This document shows positions 1 through 6,251 of a stretch of DNA of 64,000 nt, piece by piece. Location of the stretch: the IMG/VR virus record IMGVR_UViG_3300035661_000004. One strand, 5' to 3'. This stretch comes from a virus. Lineage: Duplodnaviria; Caudoviricetes. Each line of letters opens with the position of its first letter. The stretch's first letter is position 1. The notes under the pieces are model-generated. The model was not told the origin of the DNA. It did not search any database and saw nothing but the letters and a program-made list of their open reading frames with translations. A program made the position numbers and the translations under genes.

Positions 1-120
1 GTCCAGGACCTTGCTCTCGGGCATGGACCTATTGACGCAGCCATTGTCGTAGGCGATCTCGAGAAATGCAAATTGGAGGCTCATGCCGTCTCCTTAAGTA
101 TCACTGTTGTCGATAAGATG

Positions 121-150
121 ATTGTACACCCATTCGGACCGTGATGTAAA
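121..150 (-). promoter_or_regulatory. sigma70-like early/middle promoter (TTTACA-N18-TACAAT)
   Basis: Same motif recurs upstream of many minus-strand gene blocks. Confidence 0.7.
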
Positions 151-156
151 CGGCTT

Positions 157-432
157 TCAGCTCTTTGGAGCTACGTTCCGCTTGCCGGTGAAGCCTTCAG
201 CCGCGGCGCGTGCCGCACGGTCCAAGGAGTTCTGGTAGTCCTGACCGGTGGCTTGCCGCAGCTCGGTCAAGCGGTCGCCAAGCTCCTTGGCCTCCTTGAC
301 CTCGACATCGGTCAAGCGGCCACCCAGGGCCTTGAGGACCAGCAGCGCGTCCTTCTTGCTCAAGGTGAAGGACCAGCGCGGGATGTAGGACACCTCGGGT
401 GCTGGGTTGATCTCGTCAAAGTCTTGGCTCAT
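157..432 (-). CDS. hypothetical protein
   Basis: ORF with GGAG-type RBS, tightly packed with neighbours. Confidence 0.7.
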   Translation of the reverse strand: MSQDFDEINPAPEVSYIPRWSFTLSKKDALLVLKALGGRLTDVEVKEAKELGDRLTELRQATGQDYQNSLDRAARAAAEGFTGKRNVAPKS

Positions 433-644
433 GGTGTTGCTCCTTTAGCAAGCAAAGCGATCAAAAAGCTCAGCAGGGCGACGCAGCCCAAGAGCAGGGC
501 GATGCCTGCATGGCGCCCGTTCAGGCGCTTGAGAGCCGTGTTGAGTCGGTCATACACAGGTCCGTCGAGAGCATCGAAGGTGATCAGGCCCATGGCAAGG
601 AGGGAGAAGGCGGTGATAGCGCCGCAGGCTTGGTAGATCATCAT
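429..644 (-). CDS. small two-TM membrane protein
   Basis: AAGGAG RBS before ATG at 644; two hydrophobic segments. Confidence 0.65.
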   Translation of the reverse strand: MMIYQACGAITAFSLLAMGLITFDALDGPVYDRLNTALKRLNGRHAGIALLLGCVALLSFLIALLAKGATP

Positions 645-882
645 GAGCTCCTTGTTTGGGTGAGCGTGAGCGCGGGAGTGCTCTGAATGTCCAGCTCCTC
701 CCGCACGGTGTTGCCGCTGTAGGTGACATGACACGGCCGAGTTGGACCTGGAAGCCGACACGTTTGAAGGAGCCAGCTAAAGCCTCGGCCTCCTCGCGCT
801 GGTCCATGGAGTATTCCAGCTTGAGCTGAACCAGGTCTACGAGAGCGTGAACAACGTACGTGATGCGGTGGGTGTTGTTCAT
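641..882 (-). CDS. hypothetical protein, apparent 1-nt frameshift near 735
   Basis: MNNTHRITY... frame; after a shift it reads HVTYSGNTVREELDIQ... and stops in an ATGA overlap with the next gene. Confidence 0.45.
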
Positions 883-1501
883 TTTGCCCTCTTCAGAGCC
901 TTGGCAAGCTCATCAGCGTAGATCGGCTTGGTGACGCCTTTCAGGCGAGCGCGCTCGACTACCCGGCTGGCCGCTTGGTGAGGCGTGAGCCAGTTACGAC
1001 CGTCGAACACGTGGTCGCCCGCCGGCTTGTTGCCAAGCTTGCGAGCCTCGGCCAGCTGCCGGCGGGCGGTCGGGTCCCGCCGCACCTCGGCTTCGGTCTT
1101 GCCTGACTTTGCCGCAGCTGCGTCATGAGCTTGCGCTCATGCTTGTTCATGACATGCTTGGTCGGAGCCGCATTGGCCTTACGCTCGCTCACGAAAGACT
1201 TTAGCTCCAAAGTCGGAGCGCGCATGACCCTGAAGCTCCAGTCTAGCGCCCTGAGCTCAGCAGCCGCTGTGGGAACAGGATCGTACCCGACTGGATACAT
1301 GCGGCTTTGGTCACCGCACTCGATGCTAAGGAAGCCTGTCTTGTAGGCCTCCCAGGTCATCGTCAAGGTGTCGCCGGCGTTGACCACTGTGACCTTGACT
1401 GTCCGCGCTTTGACTCGTTTGAAGGTCAGCTCATGGCCATCATCGATGCAGGCTTGCTGCATGATGAGGAGAGCTCGTCGCATGTCAGACGAATTGCTCA
1501 T
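879..1501 (-). CDS. hypothetical protein, apparent 1-nt frameshift near 1110
   Basis: ORF 959..1501 joins ORF 879..1085 (QL-AAKSGKTEAEVRRDP) if one G is added. Confidence 0.45.
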
Positions 1502-1732
1502 GCTACTTCCTGCGCCGACGAGCGCGCTTGCGCTTCGGCTTAGGGACCAGATCTGAGAGCGTTGCTTGTCGCTCGATGTAGTACTGCCGGCGAGCCAGCC
1601 GCAGCTCTTCAGTGACTTGGCCGATCATGCGCGAAGCACAGTCACGGGAGCAAGCTTTTTGGAACTCGCGCGCCGGCGTGAAGGTGTGGCCGCAGCCGCC
1701 CCGGTTAGAGGCACAGCAGATGGATGAGTAGG

Positions 1733-2077
1733 TCATACCAGCTCCGCAAAGCCAAACGGCTTGCACTCGTAGGCGCGGCCGTTGACCTCGATCACGTCAC
1801 CGACGGACATCGAGGTGTGGTTCAGCTCCTTGCTCGTGATTAGCTCGCGGGCTTCGCCGTTCGGGGACCAGCATTCACCTTGGAGAGAGCCGAAGATAGC
1901 TTCGAGGTGGGTTTCGGCGATGGAGCCCAACAGCACGTGCGTTGCCTCCAGGTTCTTCGGGTCAACCTTGACCTCGCCGAAGGTGATGTAGCGGGCGACC
2001 GCGGGCTTGTAGTACCAGACCTTCGTGGCGCCTGCATGCAGGGCGCAAAGGTTGGAATCATTGAGCGATTTGAGCAT
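1733..2077 (-). CDS. hypothetical protein
   Basis: GGAG RBS and ATG at 2077, downstream of promoter 2114..2142. Confidence 0.7.
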   Translation of the reverse strand: MLKSLNDSNLCALHAGATKVWYYKPAVARYITFGEVKVDPKNLEATHVLLGSIAETHLEAIFGSLQGECWSPNGEARELITSKELNHTSMSVGDVIEVNGRAYECKPFGFAELV

Positions 2078-2113
2078 CTTGCATCTCCAAGTATCACTGT
2101 TGCCGATATGATG

Positions 2114-2142
2114 ATTGTACACCAGTACGGCCTCCGTGTAAA
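2114..2142 (-). promoter_or_regulatory. early/middle promoter TTTACA-N17-TACAAT
   Basis: Consensus match. Confidence 0.75.
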
Positions 2143-2161
2143 CACTCGAGAGACAAAAAGA

Positions 2162-2257
2162 TGGCGGAAGGCTGAGTACTCGAAACCCATCCCGCTTGTT
2201 GAGAGCGAGACCCTCGGATTAGCAATCCGGTCCAGGCACCTACCTGGTTAACCTTCC
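2162..2257 (-). tRNA. tRNA-Ser(GCT)
   Basis: Cloverleaf, loop TT-GCT-AA, long variable arm, encoded CCA. Confidence 0.9.
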
Positions 2258-2274
2258 ATGAATTCGCGCTTTAC

Positions 2275-2673
2275 TCAGTCGTGATGATCTTCGAGCGGGT
2301 CGTCGTAGAGCCGTACATGTAAGCGTGCGTCAGGCCGTTTGTACAGCACCTCCTCGGACACAGCGCAACCTGTAGCCTCCTTCAGGTGGTTGAGCGTGTC
2401 GGGAGCGTCACGCAGCGTGATAAGCAAGCTTTGACCAGACGCGCGAAGCACCGTGCCGTACTCTGCATTGATTAGCCTTGCGGCGGTTTCGGGCGAGTAC
2501 TTTGCGTCAAGCCCAACACGGACAATGTACCGCTTTTCCTTGCCAAGTGCTTCTGCAGCTGGCTCTTGTTCTTCAGCCTTCTTGCCAAAGATTCGGTCCC
2601 ACCCGCTACGGTAGGAGTCGGTAGTTGACTTGGACTTGAGGGCATCGCCGGTAATGTCGTTGTGTGCTATCAT
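2275..2673 (-). CDS. hypothetical protein between tRNAs (NDITGD...WDRIFGK motif)
   Basis: 132-aa ORF filling the inter-tRNA gap; N-terminal motif resembles small T4-like phage proteins (from memory). Confidence 0.6.
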   Translation of the reverse strand: MIAHNDITGDALKSKSTTDSYRSGWDRIFGKKAEEQEPAAEALGKEKRYIVRVGLDAKYSPETAARLINAEYGTVLRASGQSLLITLRDAPDTLNHLKEATGCAVSEEVLYKRPDARLHVRLYDDPLEDHHD

Positions 2674-2767
2674 GGCGGATAGTTGAGTACTCGAAACCCA
2701 ATCCCTCGTTACCGAAGAATCCCACTGCTTTCCAAGCAGGTCCGGTCACCTAACCGGTTAACTATCC
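2673..2767 (-). tRNA. tRNA-Ser(GGA)
   Basis: Cloverleaf, loop TT-GGA-AA, long variable arm, CCA. Confidence 0.9.
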
Positions 2768-2771
2768 ATGT

Positions 2772-2856
2772 GTCCCGTACCGGACTCGAACCGGTACGCC
2801 TCTTCCGAGGCGGCAGAGTTTAAGCCTGCTGCGTCTACCAATTTCGCCAACGGGGC
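2772..2856 (-). tRNA. tRNA-Leu(TAA)
   Basis: GCG-AAATTGGTAGA-CGC D arm, loop CT-TAA-AC, variable arm, GGTTCGAGTCC. Confidence 0.9.
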
Positions 2857-2947
2857 GGTGGAAGACGGAGGACTTGAACCCCAAGCCACATCTCTGTGAC
2901 TCCCACTGCTTTCGAAGCAGGTCCGGACCCTGTCCGGTTCATCTTCC
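2857..2947 (-). tRNA. tRNA-Ser(CGA)
   Basis: Cloverleaf, loop TT-CGA-AA, long variable arm; discriminator A rather than the usual G. Confidence 0.85.
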
Positions 2948-2950
2948 GTA

Positions 2951-3095
2951 AGGTGACAGTAGGACTCGAACCTACGATGCATAGTCTGTCATGCTAGCTT
3001 ATGCCATCGGTTCCTGCCATGGGCATGCGAGGGTGATAAGGCCTCTCCGTCTTGACTTGACCGCGACGCTGTCTACCAATTTTCAGCATGTCACC
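2951..3095 (-). ncRNA. 145-nt tRNA-like RNA with enlarged central domain
   Basis: Perfect 7-bp acceptor GGTGACA/TGTCACC, Leu-type D arm, perfect T arm; about 90 nt replace the anticodon and variable arms. Confidence 0.7.
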
Positions 3096-3096
3096 T

Positions 3097-3179
3097 TGGT
3101 GCCCTCGGCGGGACTCGAACCCGCAAAAATCTAGCATCTCAAGCTAGTAGCTGTACCAATTTGCATTTATCACGAGGGC
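3097..3179 (-). tRNA. tRNA-Leu(GAG), short variable loop, enlarged D region
   Basis: CTAGC-TTGAGAT-GCTAG anticodon arm, T arm, ACCA end. Confidence 0.8.
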
Positions 3180-3227
3180 GTGATGTGTTTGCATTATATT
3201 ACCTTTTCGGCCAAGGTGATATAAAGC

Positions 3228-3320
3228 GGCGGATGACAGAGGACTCGAACCCCAGCCCGGGTACTAGCCGAACCGTACCGCTTTCAAGGCGGCCCCGGAC
3301 GCCCGCCCGGTTTATCATCC
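3228..3320 (-). tRNA. tRNA-Ser(TGA)
   Basis: Cloverleaf, loop CT-TGA-AA, long variable arm. Confidence 0.9.
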
Positions 3321-3875
3321 GATGATGAGGTGCTGCAGCTTAGCTACAGCTTCGTTCCAAGAGGCCCCAATGACGCTGTCAGGAACCCTTACGCTAATGC
3401 ACCACCGAGGCTCAGCCTCCACGTCAATGGAGTGCGGAACGTCCGTGCGCACGAGCGTAAGCTCTTGCTTGACCTCATGGCTGTCAATAAGCGTGAGCTC
3501 CGTCTTAGGCCATGAGAGGTAGTCTGTCTCGACCATGGTCAGGCTTGCGGCACCTGCTTTGCCCTCATGCCCTGTGTACCACAGCATCTTGCTCCCCTTG
3601 CCGCCTAGGACCCAGTTAAAAGCAAATGCTTTCGGCCTAGTCGGCGTGCTCATGTCGATGTGCGCGATGGGGCTTCGAGCCCAAGGCTGCTTGTAGAACA
3701 AGATAGCCTGGCAGACCGGCAGGCCGATCAAGGTCATCCAGCGTAACCAATCATCGGTGAAGATGTCGGTCAGCGTAGGGTCATAGATAGCCCAGGGCTT
3801 GGGGTCAGCGGGGAGCGTCCAACCAGGTCTTAGGGCGCCCGCTGTCGGGATAGTCAGTTCATGCCAGCACTTCAT
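3315..3875 (-). CDS. putative 2OG-Fe(II) oxygenase/cupin-like protein
   Basis: HID...PH...R-x-x-x-S-x-R pattern; TAAATA at 3881..3886. Confidence 0.5.
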   Translation of the reverse strand: MKCWHELTIPTAGALRPGWTLPADPKPWAIYDPTLTDIFTDDWLRWMTLIGLPVCQAILFYKQPWARSPIAHIDMSTPTRPKAFAFNWVLGGKGSKMLWYTGHEGKAGAASLTMVETDYLSWPKTELTLIDSHEVKQELTLVRTDVPHSIDVEAEPRWCISVRVPDSVIGASWNEAVAKLQHLIIG

Positions 3876-3883
3876 GCTGGTAT

Positions 3884-4105
3884 TTAGTCGCCACCGTGCC
3901 TCGCGATCCGGACGATGTCCTGGCTGGTCACGATCCGGCACTTCGCTTCGATCTCAGCGATGCGGCGCTTGGGAATGTCGTAGTGGTCCTTGTGGAACCA
4001 GCAGCGAGCGATGTTGAGCTCCTGCGCCATCAGGTGCAGGTTCTCGATTGAGTAGGGCAAGCAGATGAGGTGCCTTGCCTTATCGGTCAGGTACTCGAGC
4101 TTCAC
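3884..4105 (-). CDS. DUF4031-like protein
   Basis: LHLMAQELNIARCWFH..HYD pattern. Confidence 0.45.
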   Translation of the reverse strand: MKLEYLTDKARHLICLPYSIENLHLMAQELNIARCWFHKDHYDIPKRRIAEIEAKCRIVTSQDIVRIARHGGD

Positions 4106-4392
4106 CGCTTGAAGTTTCGGATGGCGTCGGACAGCGGCCCGAGCTCTGCGATCTCTTGGTCCTTGCGGTGGAAGGTGCAGCTAGGTTGTGAGCGCTTCCG
4201 TCCCTTGACAACCGGGTACAGCACGACAACCGGCTGATCGCACCCTGTGCGGTGGCACTTGTAGGGTGTCAGTTCGGTGCTTGAGCCATGACCGATGCGA
4301 GCCTTGCTCTTGTGCGCAAAGATGCCGCAGCTTGGGCAGCGGTAGACGGCGCGGACGCCTTCGACCGGCTTGTAGTTGTGAACGCAGCTCAT
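4102..4392 (-). CDS. Cys/His-rich putative Zn-binding protein
   Basis: CPSC and C-x4-C motifs; coupled overlaps with neighbours. Confidence 0.6.
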   Translation of the reverse strand: MSCVHNYKPVEGVRAVYRCPSCGIFAHKSKARIGHGSSTELTPYKCHRTGCDQPVVVLYPVVKGRKRSQPSCTFHRKDQEIAELGPLSDAIRNFKR

Positions 4393-4646
4393 TGAATCAC
4401 CTTGTCGGCGCCGGCTTCCGTGATGGTCGTAATGTAACCCATGCGGGCGATGCGCTCAGCGGCTTCGATGTAACTGGTGTAGTGGTAAGCGCAACCAATG
4501 AGTGGGCTTGCAAAGCAGATGAAGCCTCGCGCAGCAGAGTCCTCGCAGCCTGGGTAGGTCAGCGGTTGGCCGCGATGAATTCCTGCGACCGCGTTGAACA
4601 CCTCGACGCCGTCTTTTGTGACTACAATTTGTGTCGGGAAGGTCAT
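4389..4646 (-). CDS. hypothetical protein
   Basis: First gene after promoter 4683..4711; GGAG RBS. Confidence 0.65.
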   Translation of the reverse strand: MTFPTQIVVTKDGVEVFNAVAGIHRGQPLTYPGCEDSAARGFICFASPLIGCAYHYTSYIEAAERIARMGYITTITEAGADKVIQ

Positions 4647-4682
4647 GCTGTGCTCCTAAGTATCGGTTGGCAGAATGGAATG

Positions 4683-4711
4683 ATTGTACATCATCACGAT
4701 CCGCTTGTAAA
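4683..4711 (-). promoter_or_regulatory. internal promoter TTTACA-N17-TACAAT inside the tRNA region
   Basis: Consensus match. Confidence 0.75.
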
Positions 4712-4715
4712 CACT

Positions 4716-4800
4716 TGGTGCGCCCGGTCGGACTCGAACCGACACGCCTTGCGGCAACAGATTTTGAGTCTGCCGCGTCTACCCATTCCGCCACGGGCGC
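4716..4800 (-). tRNA. tRNA-Leu(CAA)
   Basis: Canonical cloverleaf, loop CT-CAA-AA, ACCA. Confidence 0.95.
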
Positions 4801-4804
4801 GTGA

Positions 4805-5314
4805 CTAAGTACGTTTCTTAAAACCCCACGTTGGAGTTTGTGTGTGACAGTTGGGACAGATCATGCGTAAGTTTTCACGCCGATTGTCCTTGTTATCACC
4901 ATTAGCGTGATCAAGCTGAAACACTAAGGGCTTGCCATTCCAAGTTTGTCCAAGGCCGCATTCTTTACAAATGCCGCCTTGCTCTAACAACACGCGCTCA
5001 TGGAAGCAGCTCTTAGGAACTTCGTGCCATGGTGCATCTGTTAAGTGGTGCTGCCGTTTGTCTTTTGCAATACGTGCGGCCATTAAACCGCCCTTGATTC
5101 TATCTTCGCGCATCGGCCCTGCAGTAGGTCTTCCTGCTTGATAGCCAGCTCTCAATGTAGCACTGCTTCTAGCTCGATTTGCTAAGCATTGATTAGCGCT
5201 CTTGCAGCAAATGTACTTTCCACTTGCACTAATGAATAGGGCAGTTTGCCCACAGTCGTAAGCACACATGTGTGCCGTTGAAATTGGTGTAGCTGGTTTA
5301 GGTCCGCGTTTCAT
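4805..5314 (-). CDS. HNH homing endonuclease
   Basis: CxxC...LDHANGD..DN..ENL...CPNCH; AT-rich; TAAATA at 5321..5326. Confidence 0.85.
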   Translation of the reverse strand: MKRGPKPATPISTAHMCAYDCGQTALFISASGKYICCKSANQCLANRARSSATLRAGYQAGRPTAGPMREDRIKGGLMAARIAKDKRQHHLTDAPWHEVPKSCFHERVLLEQGGICKECGLGQTWNGKPLVFQLDHANGDNKDNRRENLRMICPNCHTQTPTWGFKKRT

Positions 5315-5326
5315 GCTGCCTATTTA

Positions 5327-5411
5327 GGTGCACACGGGGGAGACTTGAACTCCCAATCCCGAAGGCCACAGTGTCTGAGGCTGTGATGTATACCAATTCC
5401 ATCACGTGTGC
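5327..5411 (-). tRNA. tRNA-Leu(CAG), long variable arm
   Basis: Loop CT-CAG-AC, variable arm, T arm. Confidence 0.85.
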
Positions 5412-5414
5412 ATA

Positions 5415-5493
5415 TGGTGCCCTAGGCGGGACTCGAACCCGCAGAATTCCGCTTCTGAGGCGGACATGTTTACCAAGATTTCATCACCAGGGC
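5415..5493 (-). tRNA. tRNA-Leu(CAG), short variable loop
   Basis: TCCGC-CTCAGAA-GCGGA, 5-nt variable loop, ACCA. Confidence 0.85.
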
Positions 5494-5497
5494 GGTG

Positions 5498-5580
5498 GGT
5501 GGAGGTAGAAGGAATCGAACCTTCATGACCGAAGTACCGGGGTTACAGTCCGGGCGCTCTCCATAGGCGTCTATACCTCC
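5498..5580 (-). tRNA. tRNA-Tyr(GTA)
   Basis: Loop CT-GTA-AC, variable arm, T arm. Confidence 0.85.
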
Positions 5581-5592
5581 AAGGGTCTTACG

Positions 5593-5675
5593 GGTGGATC
5601 AGGATAGGAGTCGAACCTACGTAGCTTTCGCGGGAGCCCAAACTGGCTCCTGGGCTCGTCTCACCCAGCTGATCC
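5593..5675 (-). ncRNA. atypical tRNA-like RNA (8-nt anticodon loop)
   Basis: Acceptor GGATCAG/CTGATCC, D, variable and T arms present; GGAGC-CAGTTTGG-GCTCC anticodon arm lacks U33. Confidence 0.7.
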
Positions 5676-5683
5676 ATTACTTT

Positions 5684-5768
5684 TGGTGGGGCCGCAAGGA
5701 ATCGAACCTTGTTGGTCAGGGACACCGGGTTTACAGGCCGGGCAGAAGCCATTACTGTCTACGACCCC
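5684..5768 (-). tRNA. tRNA-Tyr(GTA), second divergent copy
   Basis: Loop CT-GTA-AA, variable arm, ACCA. Confidence 0.9.
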
Positions 5769-5810
5769 AAAAGTAAAGCGCGAATTGTTAAAGAGCGTCA
5801 CACCAATGAG

Positions 5811-5843
5811 AAAAAGCCTCGGACCTTTCGGTCGGAGGCTTTT
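5811..5843 (-). terminator. intrinsic terminator (attenuator) upstream of tRNA cluster
   Basis: AAAAGCCTC-C-GACC-GAAA-GGTC-C-GAGGCTTTT followed by TCTC. Confidence 0.85.
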
Positions 5844-5894
5844 GCTAGGTGTGAAGGTAGAAGTTCTGTCTTACCCGATCATGCAAAAGCCTCC
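5834..5894 (-). promoter_or_regulatory. antiterminator helix
   Basis: GGAGGCTTTTGC (5894..5883) is perfectly complementary to GCAAAAGCCTCC (5845..5834), which contains the terminator 5' strand. Confidence 0.85.
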
Positions 5895-5945
5895 ATCGCT
5901 ATAAAGCGATGAGGAGCTCAAATATGATAGGGAGGTGTTCTTCAT
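5871..5945 (-). CDS. attenuator leader peptide MKNTSLSYLSSSSLYSDGGFCMIG
   Basis: Codons 5-16 are TCC CTA TCA TAT TTG AGC TCC TCA TCG CTT TAT AGC (all Ser/Leu/Tyr); below the ORF-track size cutoff. Confidence 0.8.
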   Translation of the reverse strand: MKNTSLSYLSSSSLYSDGGFCMIG

Positions 5946-5954
5946 GATGGTAGA

Positions 5955-5983
5955 ATTGTATTTACAGTCGAAGTCGTTGTAAA
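5955..5983 (-). promoter_or_regulatory. promoter of leader/tRNA operon TTTACA-N17-TACAAT
   Basis: Consensus match; -10 ends 9 nt before the leader ATG. Confidence 0.8.
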
Positions 5984-6015
5984 CCGGCTAAAGTGTAACA
6001 ATCCTACTTGTACCG

Positions 6016-6207
6016 TTACTTGTTGTCCAACTTGGACTTAGCGAGAGCGGCCAGGCCGTTCGCTTCTTGAGCCCACTGCTCGAGCTTTGCTGGGTTACGC
6101 TTCAGCATCCAGCGGTAGAACCAGGCGCCGACTGCAGCGCCGACGAATGCGCCCACCAGGAACGGGTGGGTGAGGAAGTTAAGGATGAAGGTGAGGATGT
6201 CCCACAT
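6016..6207 (-). CDS. small membrane protein
   Basis: One TM helix; GGAG RBS; TAAATA at 6242..6247. Confidence 0.65.
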   Translation of the reverse strand: MWDILTFILNFLTHPFLVGAFVGAAVGAWFYRWMLKRNPAKLEQWAQEANGLAALAKSKLDNK

Positions 6208-6251
6208 GGCGGTCTCCGAACGGCGAGCTTGCCGTGCCTAGTATTTAGCTG

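Noticed and set aside
2951-3095. tmRNA
   Set aside because: No G3-U70 pair, no CCA, far too short and no ANDENYALAA-like tag; the internal AGTDGIS frame is probably chance.
5593-5675. Frameshift-suppressor tRNA that rescues the window's broken genes
   Set aside because: The frameshift sites share no common quadruplet and include both insertions and deletions.
2758-5904. ORF-track ORFs overlapping tRNAs (2758..2982, 4456..4794, 5594..5776, 5683..5904, 5709..5912)
   Set aside because: They are read-throughs of tRNA and leader sequences with no coding signal.
5768-5950. T-box riboswitch explanation for the tRNA leader
   Set aside because: No T-box consensus antiterminator bulge or specifier stem is visible, the leader is too short, and the Ser/Leu/Tyr-rich ORF explains the structure better.
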